Source: Pirellulales bacterium
Lineage (GTDB): Bacteria > Planctomycetota > Planctomycetia > Pirellulales > JALHPA01
Length of the DNA stretch: 64,000 nt
Assembly: GCA_033762255.1 (NCBI GenBank)
Contig: JANRLT010000072.1
Location: forward strand, 31,156 to 95,155
Direction of reading: 5' to 3'
The notes beneath the pieces were generated by a model, which worked only from the letters and a program-made list of their open reading frames with translations, made no database searches and was not told the origin of the DNA. Positions 27,722 to 36,875 of the stretch are shown one piece after another. The first letter of the stretch is position 1. Each line of letters opens with the position of its first letter. Made by a program: the position numbers and the translations under genes.

Positions 27722-28573
27722 TTACTTAAAGTTATACTGCGGGTTGCGGGAGTCAAAGTCCGCGTCTGTCAGGCCGGTATTCAACTGCAAGTTCAAGTAC
27801 GTATATTCCTCCATCAGGACCGGTTGGCCCCCTTGCTTTTCCGGCCAATCGTAGGCCTCATAGCGGATCGGCACATTCAATTCGTTATCCACGTAAATCC
27901 GCGCCACATGAAACAAAAAGTTCTTGCGCGGCACCGGATGCACCACCTGCATCATCGTGCATTCGCGGCCGTTAATCTTGGCCTGCGACATGTTCACTTC
28001 ACATTCGCCAAACTGGCGGTCGTTTTCCGCCACTTCGATCAACCGCCGCGTCAGGTTGTACAGGCCCAGCTCGGTAATGGGATAACGGTTGTCCTTCATG
28101 GCGAGCGCCGAATTCGGCTTGAGCGATACCATCCCAAACCGCGCGGCCAAACCCTTCCCCTCGTGGGCCAGCAAATTGCCATCATTCGCGCCATGGACGT
28201 AGATCACTTCGCGACCCTTGACCGCGTCCGGCTTTAAAAAGCTCATGTATACGCTGAACGGCTCTTGCCGCACTTTGGTGTACATATACTCGGCGTCTAA
28301 CAACTTGCCATCGATCCGCTCGCGCTTGACCAGCGTGCAAGTGTAGTCCTTGATATCTTCCTTGATGTGCTTCATCCCCTTGTAGGCAATTTCCAGGCAC
28401 GGATCCAGCGGGTGGGCCTGATTTGCCGCGGGCTGGGCGGGTACTGGCTGTTGTGTCGGGGGAAGGGGGGTGGTTTGACCGCTGACGATCGCGGGAAAGA
28501 GCAGGGCCGCCGCCAGGCAGCCTCCGCCCAGACTCGCCAGGCTAAATACACGTGAAATCCAAGAACAACGCAT
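27722..28573 (-). CDS. Secreted protein, DUF1571-like (lipoprotein-carrier-like fold suspected)
   Basis: Signal peptide MRCSWISRVFSLASLGGGCLAAALLFPAIVSG. Size and composition match the planctomycete DUF1571 family as I recall it; not verified. Confidence 0.5.
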   Translation of the reverse strand: MRCSWISRVFSLASLGGGCLAAALLFPAIVSGQTTPLPPTQQPVPAQPAANQAHPLDPCLEIAYKGMKHIKEDIKDYTCTLVKRERIDGKLLDAEYMYTKVRQEPFSVYMSFLKPDAVKGREVIYVHGANDGNLLAHEGKGLAARFGMVSLKPNSALAMKDNRYPITELGLYNLTRRLIEVAENDRQFGECEVNMSQAKINGRECTMMQVVHPVPRKNFLFHVARIYVDNELNVPIRYEAYDWPEKQGGQPVLMEEYTYLNLQLNTGLTDADFDSRNPQYNFK

Positions 28574-28942
28574 TTTTCTACTCCTTTTAAAGTTGTGCCA
28601 AGTATGTTGCGTGGGGGGGTGGGGAATTCAATCCATCGAATTCAAAGTTTACCTAACAACTCAACAATGCCAGCGGGACGATATTACATTAAGGTCACTC
28701 TTATGTTACTTTCCGCTTTCTGTGCAAGTCAAATGCCAAATTTGCAAACCAAAGGCAAAAACATCTCGCAAACATCCCAAACCACCCAAGCTGCCAAATA
28801 GCTGAATAATTCGCACAGCTTAGCAAAAGTGGGTAATTTTGGTTAAAGTCTGTAATCTTTATCGCCCCGCCGACTGCGTAATAATTACAAAGGTTTGCCA
28901 ACTCCTTTGACATTTGACATTTTACGGACAACCACCAATTCC

Positions 28943-29617
28943 ATGGCATTTACTAATTCCATTGATCAACTTGATCCAAAGGTGCGGATAGAGACGATTG
29001 TTTCCGCCCCGTTTGACCAAAATTGCTACCTGATCTGGGTGGCGGGTCAATCTGAATGTGTCGTCGTCGATCCCGGCCTGCAACCGCAACTGATTATCAC
29101 GGCGATAAAAAAAGCGTCCCTGACGCCCGTCGCGATCTTGCTGACGCATGGACATGCCGATCATATCGCCGGCAATGGTGCGCTCAAGGCTGCCTGGCCC
29201 ACGTGCCCGCTGGTGATTGGTGCCGACGATGCGGAAAAGCTTACCAATCCCCAGCTGAACCTGTCAGCGTTGTTTGGGATGCCAGTGGTTAGCCCCCCCG
29301 CCGACCGGTTGCTACGCGGGGGGGATGTGGCGGAGTATGGCGGGCTGGCCTGGGACGTGCGCGAAGTTCCCGGTCACAGTCGGGGGCATGTGGTGTTTAT
29401 TAGCCAGGGGCTGAATCCACCGCTGGTGATTGGCGGCGACGTGCTGTTCGCCGGCTCGATTGGGCGGACGGACTTTCCTGACGGGGACCACGAGTTGCTG
29501 TTGCGCGGCATTCGGACCCACCTGTGGCCGCTGCCGGACGAGAGCATCGTCCTCCCGGGCCACGGCCCCGCAACCACAATCGGCGAGGAAAAACGCAATA
29601 ACCCGTGGCTAGGGTGA
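28943..29617 (+). CDS. MBL-fold metallo-hydrolase (glyoxalase II-like)
   Basis: LLTHGHADHIAG (HxHxDH), later PGHSRGH and GDVLFAGSIGRTD. Start set to the ATG at 28943. Confidence 0.85.
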   Translation: MAFTNSIDQLDPKVRIETIVSAPFDQNCYLIWVAGQSECVVVDPGLQPQLIITAIKKASLTPVAILLTHGHADHIAGNGALKAAWPTCPLVIGADDAEKLTNPQLNLSALFGMPVVSPPADRLLRGGDVAEYGGLAWDVREVPGHSRGHVVFISQGLNPPLVIGGDVLFAGSIGRTDFPDGDHELLLRGIRTHLWPLPDESIVLPGHGPATTIGEEKRNNPWLG

Positions 29618-29790
29618 AAGTAGTAGGCATCGTCCCGATGCCGTAATCAGAAAGTAGCAGTCCCCGTCCCGATGCCGTAAACAAAAAGTAGCAGAAACCA
29701 TCCCGATGCCGTAAACAAAAAGTAGCAGAAACCATCCCGATGCCGCAAAAGAAAGTAGTAGGCATCGTCCCGATGCCGTAAACAAAAGTA
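29617..29790 (+). repeat. Array of five tandem 34-bp units with core tcccgatgccgta; the terminal units form hairpins
   Basis: Units at 29617, 29651, 29685, 29719 and 29753. Units 1 and 5 contain ggcatcg-tcc-cgatgcc (7-bp stem). The array starts on the last base of the MBL stop codon. Confidence 0.9.
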
Positions 29791-29930
29791 AATCTGCTAG
29801 CAATCGTAGTTAGTAGCATGCGACTGTTATCTGCAAGCACCTTTTTGATTGACTCAACAATCACACATAATTATGATCTGCTTGCTTAAATTTCACTGGT
29901 CTGTAATCCATTCCGATATGCGAGGGGCCG

Positions 29931-31460
29931 ATGAGTGGCAAATTCTGGCTTACTTTCTTGATCTGCGTGTTCCCAGGTACGCCGCTCCTGGCGGATGACC
30001 TATGGATTGGCAAGCGGGTATTTTGGCGCGATGATGCTATCGCAAAGATCGGAAACCAAGTTTTCGATGTTACTTTAATCCCTTATCCCGCCACTGTTGA
30101 ACATGTTAACGGCGAATGGCTGTGGCTGGAGCGGGCCTGGGTGCGGAAGAAGGATGTGATGGATGTGATTGGAGCATTTTCAATGGCAAACACTCGAATC
30201 TCGATTAACTATGCTCCCGCAGAGGCTTTGCGTATTCGAGCAGCAACGTGGATTGCATGGGGTAATTACGATAAAGCTTATTCTGACATTCAACTAGCAA
30301 TCCTACACCATCCAAAAGATGCGTTTAACTACCTTTACCGGGGAAACCTCAACTTTGAACGTAAAGATTATAATAAAGCCATAACGGACTATGACATAGC
30401 TATCGGAATCAATCCAGACTTATCCAAGGCTTACCGAGATCGAGGATTTGCCAAGAACATGCTACAGGATTATGCTGGTGCGTTACGGGATCTTAATGAG
30501 GCAATCCGACTTGATTCAAAAGATTATTTATCGTATTTTAATAGAGGATATGTACATGATGATATGGGAAACCACGATAGAGCGATCAAAGATTTTGATA
30601 ACGCTATACAATTACATCCATACTATTATCTATCCTTTTACAATCGTGGCATTTCAAAGCAATCCAAACAAGAACTTAATGCTGCTATCAAAGATTACGA
30701 TGTAGCTATTCGACTTAACCCAAAATATGCCCCCGCGTACAATAACCGCGGTCAAGCCAAAATGCTTCAAACCGACTTTCATGGCGCAATTCAAGATTTC
30801 GATGCTTCAATTCAATTAGAACCGTCTAATGCTAATATTTATATAATTCGCAGCTATGCTTTCACTCAGATAAAGCACTACGATGAGGCCATACGCGATG
30901 CCAATAAAGCAATCCGAATCGATCCTTCGCTCAGCCTAGCATTCGAATACCGTGCAGGGTCAAAACTTTACATAAATGACTATAGTGGCTCAATTCAGGA
31001 TTATTGCGAAGTAATTAAACGCGATCCTAAAGATAGTAAAGCTTGTTATAGACTAGGCATAGCCTATCACTGCAATCGTGATTATGTCAGTGCTCTTAAT
31101 AACTTTAATAAATCCATCAATTTAGATGCCAACTCAGTTATGCCATCCGCTTGTAAATCCTTTCTCCTGGCCACCTGTCCCCAACCAGAATTTCGCGATG
31201 GTCCTTTAGCATTAGAATTAGCGGAGTCAGCTCTGAAGCAGGCGAATAAGGATGGTTATGCCCTGAATGCCAAAGCATGCGCACTAGCACTCTTGGGCAA
31301 GTATGACGAGGCGATAACGTGCCAAGAATTGGCCAAGCTGGACAACGATTGGAGAAGCGACGAATTGCCAAGTGGTGGCAAACTTGCTGAGGAACGTATC
31401 GCGGCTTGGAAATCTAAAAAATTATGGCTGAGTGAACCACCCGCGCGGGATAAAAAGTAA
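29931..31460 (+). CDS. Secreted tetratricopeptide-repeat (TPR) protein in an AT-rich island
   Basis: Signal peptide (FWLTFLICVFPGTPLLA) and about 9 TPR units with A..[DN]...A[IL]...P motifs. Markedly lower GC than the flanks. Confidence 0.8.
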   Translation: MSGKFWLTFLICVFPGTPLLADDLWIGKRVFWRDDAIAKIGNQVFDVTLIPYPATVEHVNGEWLWLERAWVRKKDVMDVIGAFSMANTRISINYAPAEALRIRAATWIAWGNYDKAYSDIQLAILHHPKDAFNYLYRGNLNFERKDYNKAITDYDIAIGINPDLSKAYRDRGFAKNMLQDYAGALRDLNEAIRLDSKDYLSYFNRGYVHDDMGNHDRAIKDFDNAIQLHPYYYLSFYNRGISKQSKQELNAAIKDYDVAIRLNPKYAPAYNNRGQAKMLQTDFHGAIQDFDASIQLEPSNANIYIIRSYAFTQIKHYDEAIRDANKAIRIDPSLSLAFEYRAGSKLYINDYSGSIQDYCEVIKRDPKDSKACYRLGIAYHCNRDYVSALNNFNKSINLDANSVMPSACKSFLLATCPQPEFRDGPLALELAESALKQANKDGYALNAKACALALLGKYDEAITCQELAKLDNDWRSDELPSGGKLAEERIAAWKSKKLWLSEPPARDKK

Positions 31461-31907
31461 AATAAGGTTGCTGCGAGTATTTGCCTAAACCTATCGGTTA
31501 ATAAAATTAAAAGAACCAACATGAACAAGCTCCACGGCGCCCAGTTCCCAATTTTCCCAGCGGGCAATTGCTGATTTACCAGGATAGCGGCTTACGCTTT
31601 ACAATTTCTACCGCGTCCGGTCGCCGCGCGGAACGGCTAAACGGCAGGGAGGGGGTGAAGAATGAAGAATTGGCAATTGTGGTGTGGGGCGGGTTGCTAT
31701 AAAGATGGCGCTCCTCCGGAGCAGCGTGGGTGTTGCTCGTTACCCATCACCTTCGTCTCTGCCCGTTCGGCGACGGAGTCGCCTCCTACATTTTTCCCGC
31801 GATACGCGTCTGTTGCCGCTAATTCCGCCGATGCCAGCGGCGGCTTTGGGTGCGTCGTGGCAAAATTATCATTTCCATAAACCAAATACCATAAACCAAA
31901 TACCAGT

Positions 31908-32100
31908 CGCTCGCGCTTCGCTGCGCGGCGCGGCTAAACATAATACGGCACCGGGACGCGCTTCGCTACGCGGCGCGGCTAAACGTAGTCCGGCACCGGG
32001 ACACGCTGCGCGGCGCGGCTAAACGTAATACGGCATCGGGACGCGCTTCGCTACGCGGCGCGGCTAAACGTAATACGGCACCGGGACGGTGCCTACTACT
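31908..32100 (-). repeat. Array of four tandem 40-45-bp units with the same core (tacggca[ct]cggga on plus) in inverted orientation
   Basis: Units cgcgcttcgct[ag]cgcggcgcggctaaac[ag]taatacggcaccggga. The terminal unit tacggcaccgggacggtgcctactact is the inverted copy of 29620-29646. The array overlaps the stop codon of the 32099 gene. Confidence 0.9.
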
Positions 32101-32938
32101 ATCCGGCCCATTGCCGCCAAAAGTACCAAGCCGTCAGCACGCTGCCGATCAGCACAATCAAGCGCCGCAGCAAATGCTTGTCCAGCAAGCGACCGTAATG
32201 CGCGCCAAAGTAACCCCCGGCCACCCCCGCCAGGACCATCGGCAGCGCGCGGGGCCAATTGATGATCTCTCCTTGTCCGGGGACGGGAAAACTATCTTGC
32301 CACAAAAATAGCGCGAGCGCGACGGCGTTAATCAGCGTCGCCAGCACCGTCTTGACCGCGTTCATGCCATGGATGTCGGTCATGCCCAAGAGGCCCAGCG
32401 AACTGAGCATGAGGATGCCGATCCCCGCGCCAAAATATCCGCCGTACAGGCCAATCGCCGTTTGAAAAAGCAGAATCGCCCCCAGGCGGCGGTTGCTTGC
32501 CGGGACGACATGTGCATCACCGGCATTTGCCAGGCCGCTAGAGCGTAAAATCCGCGGCTGCAGGGCAAACAGCAGCGTGGCCAAGAGTATCAGCCACGGT
32601 ATCAATTTTTGAAAAGTTTCCGGCCGCCCCCACAGCAGCAACAACGTCCCCGCCACACTCCCCAGCAGACTGGGCCAAAATAGCCACTTTAGCCAATGCC
32701 CATAGTGCGAAAGTTCCCGCCGATACGCCCAAGCGGAGGCAAACGACCCGGGGCAGAGGGCGATGGTGCTGGTGACATTGGCGGCGACTTCGTTCCCGGC
32801 CCCTAGCGACCACACAAGCGCGGGAAAAGTGAGAAACGTCCCGCCGCCAGCGATAGAATTCATGGCCCCGGCCAACGCCGCCGCGCCCATCAGCACCACT
32901 AGTTCGGCAATGGTCGGCACGCGCGGGAAATTCCTCAA
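32099..32938 (-). CDS. TauE/SafE (TSUP, DUF81) family anion exporter
   Basis: About 8 TM helices. N-terminal AGAMNSIAGGGTFLTFPAL motif and a second half-repeat GLYGGYFGAGIGILM. Start uncertain (TTG at 32938). Confidence 0.78.
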   Translation of the reverse strand: MRNFPRVPTIAELVVLMGAAALAGAMNSIAGGGTFLTFPALVWSLGAGNEVAANVTSTIALCPGSFASAWAYRRELSHYGHWLKWLFWPSLLGSVAGTLLLLWGRPETFQKLIPWLILLATLLFALQPRILRSSGLANAGDAHVVPASNRRLGAILLFQTAIGLYGGYFGAGIGILMLSSLGLLGMTDIHGMNAVKTVLATLINAVALALFLWQDSFPVPGQGEIINWPRALPMVLAGVAGGYFGAHYGRLLDKHLLRRLIVLIGSVLTAWYFWRQWAG

Positions 32939-33030
32939 AAGCTAGCACAAGAACAAAATACCCATCAACGATTCCGCTAGCACGGAGGTCGGGAGGATGT
33001 GCAACCAGGTTCAATGGCCATCGGATGAAG

Positions 33031-33085
33031 GCAAAAACCGTGGGCGCTCGCCCAGCGGCTGATGTGATCAACTCAAATTGACAGC
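33031..33085 (+). repeat. Interspersed repeat family B, partial copy
   Basis: gcaaaaaccgtgggcgctcgcccagcggctgatgtgatcaactcaaattgacagc. Confidence 0.55.
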
Positions 33086-33243
33086 TTTTCCAAAACATTA
33101 GGATAAATGGGCATCGCGGTCGCGTTAAGGCGTCTTTTGAATCCAAACCAGATTTCTCTATGGCGGCTGGGGGCAATTTGCTACGATTTGGCGGATTTTT
33201 TAGCCTGAATCGTTCCCGCGGAATTTTTACGCTGATTTATTGA

Positions 33244-36200
33244 ATGTCATCCGTCATGCTGCCTTACCTCCCCAGCCCATACAGTCGCCGGACCGCGCAA
33301 GCAGTTAGCCTGGCAAGCTTGAACATCCGCCCCGCGCTTTTGTTCTGTCTGATTCTGTTAATTGCTCTGGCGCGTAGCGCACGCGCCGACGAGCGCGATT
33401 ACCCCGATATACCCGCGAATCTGTTTCAAAATAATATTGACCGCCGCGAACGCCAGGGGGTCTTTTCCCAGCCGATTGATGATCGCGCCTTAAATCCAGC
33501 GGGGCTGAACCTGCCCGAGCCAAGTCCTCCGCCTATCGGAAGTGAACATTTCGCCGCTAACAAGGCTCCCGCCGCCACGACTGTCAATCCTCCACCGGCC
33601 GAACACCCGGTCGATCCCGCGGAGAAATCGGTCGCCTGGTTGCAGCCCTATGCCCGCAGTTGGCAATCCGATGCGACTTTACGGAGTGTCTGCTTTGTCA
33701 ACACACGACAAGGCTGGGCCGTGGGAGACCAAGGCGCAATTTGGGCGACGACCGATGGGGGCCGGACCTGGCAACCACAGGACTCCCGCGTGTTTGCCAC
33801 ATTAACCGCGGTCAGCTTTGTCGATGAGCAGCATGGTTGGATCGGCGGCGTGGTGTGCCATCCCGCGGCGGACGCCACCAGCGCGGTGATCTTACGCACG
33901 GTGGATGGTGGCCAAAATTGGATTCTTGACCAACATCAGCAACTCCCCGGGATCCGTCAACTGAGGTTTTTTAATCATCAGGTTGGTTGGTGCGCGGGGC
34001 AATTTTCGACGATCTTTGGGACAAATATTTTCATCACGGAAAATGGGGGGCGCGATTGGCAACCGGTTGTTAATAAGCAACAGTCCGATATCCTGGCCGC
34101 ACTGGCCACTGATCAGCAAGTTGCCATCTCTCTTGCCAATAGCAACACTAGCGGACCTACCGCCATGACAAAGCGGTTACGCTTTACCTTGGCTAGCCAG
34201 CGCGGCATCCAAAGCGGAAGTTTGGCCGAATGGTCCTCCATTGCCACTCCCTTTGATGGGTTGCGAGGTCCACGAGCCATGGCACATGACGAGTCGGGAA
34301 ACACCTGGCTGGTTGGCCAAGGGGGGCTTATTCTGCAAAACACGGCGGAAAACAGCGACTGGACAAAGCCGGGCCAACTGCCTGATTCGGCAGAATTACA
34401 GTGGTGTGACTGGCAGGCCGTGGCGTGTCGCGGGCCAAAAATCTGGATCGCGGGCACCACCGGGGGACGCATTTTACATAGCAAGGACGCTGGCCAAACC
34501 TGGCAATGGCAGAAAATCCCCACCACGTTGCCAATCTTTGATCTGCACTTTCGCGACGAACGGCATGGCTGGGGAGTGGGGGGATTGGGTCAAATTATCC
34601 TTACCAGCGATGGGGGCCAAACCTGGGAAACCGTCCAGGGCGCCAATCGCCGCGCGGGGGTGCTGATTGTCGTCAATGAGCCAAGCCAAATCCCCTGGGA
34701 ATTGATCGCCCAGTTAAGCGGCGCGCAAGGTTTTCGCACCGTGGTAGATGTGTTGAATCGACGTGATGTCGAAGTTCCCTCCCCCGCCATCGAACGACAA
34801 GCGATTCGCGTGCGGGCCGCGCTAGCCAGCTTGGGCGCCACGTTGGCGGAACCTGAGTGGCGGTTTCCGCTGCGGCAACCGGGAATTGATTGGCCTAGCG
34901 AACGCCTGAATCAAATTTGGGGGCAATCCGCCGGTACCACGTCACAACTAGCGCTCAAAAATTTCTGGCGGAACACTTTACTTACCTGGCAACCGGCGGC
35001 GGTCCTAGTGCCTCAGCCGGGACCTGACGCCCCCGCTCAAGATGTGTTGCTGCATGCCAGTTGCTTGGAATATTGGCAAGCGACCGGTTCCAGCGGTGCA
35101 GACCCATCCCCCCCCTTATGGTCCTTTCAACCAACCGCGCAACCCCATGCCGGAGGATTGTCTTGCCAGCAGCCGGTCCCACGGACGCCGATAACATTGG
35201 AGGAATGGGCACTTCCGGCGCGGGCCATGGCACGGGGGGTTGCTCAAGTTGGCCTGCGCGGTTCACTGAGGTCTCCTCAGGAATTACCCGCTGGCTGGTC
35301 TTGGCACTGGCAAGCGGGTACAAGCCCGCCGACGAACCCTAACGCACAAATTCTTAGTCACAGCGAACATCCGGCAGACTCTCCCACACGTCGAATGCTG
35401 GTACAAAATGACACGCCAGGATTTTCCCCGACGGAAACCATAGCCAGTGGGCGGCGACGGGTTTGGCAAAAAATGCTAGTGCAGGGAAAATTAACAAAAT
35501 CCGCCAACTGGTTGCCCATGCTGGATGAGTTTACGCGTGGCAGTTCCCCTGAAGTCGCCGCCGACACCTTGCTAAATTTGTCCAGGGAATGTGAAAAAAT
35601 TGGTCGCCTGGATTTGGCGGGATTAATCCAACAACACTTATGGCAAAAATATCCCTTGACCACCGCCACTGGTCAAATTTGGTTGGCGGAATTGCGTCAG
35701 CTTTCCAGTTGTGAATTGCAACATTGGCAAAAACGCGGGGCCACCCCGGAACAGGGGGGAACGGCTGCGCCAGGGTCAAACACCCACCGCGCCCGACTGC
35801 AAAAAGTCAATGAAATACTTTGGCGGCATCACCCGCAATTGGCTTGCCCCCCTGAAATCCAATTTTTATATCACTCCTGGCATGAAGAACATCCTCAGGA
35901 ACCGGGTGCCACAACGCCACCTTTGGGCTTAAAAATCCTAAGCAAGCCTCCCTACCACAGCCGCTTTTCCGATGATTGGCAGGAAGTTATCAATGCCGAA
36001 TTGCGGGACACCGCAGGCAGACGTGCCCCCAAAGCTCACTGGGGTTGTCGGGCTGTTACCATAAAGCCATACCTGGATGGCATTTGCGATGACGAAACCT
36101 GGCAGAAAACGGACGCTATCTCGCTTCGCGGTGGAGAATTAGATAGCGATTTACCCCCCACCACAACACGCTGGGCGTATGACGCCGAGTATCTATATTT

Positions 36201-36618
36201 AGCGGCGGAATGTCAGACCCACGACCCGGAAAACCAGCCCGAGATCGCCAAAACTCGTTCCCGGGACCCCGATTTGACTGCTCAAGAACGGATCGAGTGG
36301 TATTTGGACCTGGATCGCGATAGGAATACTTGGTTTCATTTCGAGTGCGATTCCACAGGCAAGGTAAGTGAAGATTGCACGGGGGATGAACGCTGGAACC
36401 CCGAGTATTTTGTGGCGGCCAAGCGTTCCGAGACGGGTTGGAGCGTGGAAATGGCCATTCCCTTGCGGGAGTTAACCGCTAGCAACGAACTGTTGGGGCA
36501 ATCTTGGATTGTCCAGGTGAATCGCATCTGGCCCCGGCAGGGGTTACAATCACTCCGGGGAACCCCCTCGACTCAAGCCCACCCCGTCGATTGGGGAACC
36601 TTGCGATTTGTCCCATAA
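33244..36618 (+). CDS. Large secreted protein: BNR/Asp-box (Ycf48-like beta-propeller) repeats plus a C-terminal CBM9/DOMON-like domain
   Basis: Repeated [ST]xDGGxxW boxes (TTDGGRTWQ, TVDGGQNW, TENGGRDWQ, SKDAGQTWQ, TSDGGQTWE). C-terminal block PYLDGICDDETWQK...YDAEYLYLAAEC...GWSVEMAIPLREL. Confidence 0.72.
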   Translation: MSSVMLPYLPSPYSRRTAQAVSLASLNIRPALLFCLILLIALARSARADERDYPDIPANLFQNNIDRRERQGVFSQPIDDRALNPAGLNLPEPSPPPIGSEHFAANKAPAATTVNPPPAEHPVDPAEKSVAWLQPYARSWQSDATLRSVCFVNTRQGWAVGDQGAIWATTDGGRTWQPQDSRVFATLTAVSFVDEQHGWIGGVVCHPAADATSAVILRTVDGGQNWILDQHQQLPGIRQLRFFNHQVGWCAGQFSTIFGTNIFITENGGRDWQPVVNKQQSDILAALATDQQVAISLANSNTSGPTAMTKRLRFTLASQRGIQSGSLAEWSSIATPFDGLRGPRAMAHDESGNTWLVGQGGLILQNTAENSDWTKPGQLPDSAELQWCDWQAVACRGPKIWIAGTTGGRILHSKDAGQTWQWQKIPTTLPIFDLHFRDERHGWGVGGLGQIILTSDGGQTWETVQGANRRAGVLIVVNEPSQIPWELIAQLSGAQGFRTVVDVLNRRDVEVPSPAIERQAIRVRAALASLGATLAEPEWRFPLRQPGIDWPSERLNQIWGQSAGTTSQLALKNFWRNTLLTWQPAAVLVPQPGPDAPAQDVLLHASCLEYWQATGSSGADPSPPLWSFQPTAQPHAGGLSCQQPVPRTPITLEEWALPARAMARGVAQVGLRGSLRSPQELPAGWSWHWQAGTSPPTNPNAQILSHSEHPADSPTRRMLVQNDTPGFSPTETIASGRRRVWQKMLVQGKLTKSANWLPMLDEFTRGSSPEVAADTLLNLSRECEKIGRLDLAGLIQQHLWQKYPLTTATGQIWLAELRQLSSCELQHWQKRGATPEQGGTAAPGSNTHRARLQKVNEILWRHHPQLACPPEIQFLYHSWHEEHPQEPGATTPPLGLKILSKPPYHSRFSDDWQEVINAELRDTAGRRAPKAHWGCRAVTIKPYLDGICDDETWQKTDAISLRGGELDSDLPPTTTRWAYDAEYLYLAAECQTHDPENQPEIAKTRSRDPDLTAQERIEWYLDLDRDRNTWFHFECDSTGKVSEDCTGDERWNPEYFVAAKRSETGWSVEMAIPLRELTASNELLGQSWIVQVNRIWPRQGLQSLRGTPSTQAHPVDWGTLRFVP

Positions 36619-36875
36619 AGATGAAAAAGAATTTGCGGACAAGTTTTTACCCATGCTACAACAATTCACCTATAATCTTCTGGCATATAGACTTAAGAAA
36701 CTAAACAATAAGCCAATAACGGCTTTTATGGTGATTTTAAAAGCACTTTTTGGGGGGATTCGCCAATACAGAATGCCCCGTCGGCGAATATAATAATGGG
36801 AACTTTTCTGAGTCCGTAGGCTTCTCTAACGTATCTGTAGCTAGCAGCGAATGGATCACAGGCACGGGCCATGTC

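Noticed and set aside
29617-32100. The tandem arrays considered as CRISPR arrays
   Set aside because: The units are contiguous with no unique spacers, the unit lengths and structure differ from CRISPR repeats, and no cas genes are in the window.
29617-32100. The TPR islet considered as a transposon bounded by inverted repeats
   Set aside because: No transposase or integrase is present and I could not identify a target-site duplication. The inverted repeats also behave as 3'-end elements of the flanking resident genes, so I report it as a repeat-bracketed islet and not as a mobile element call.
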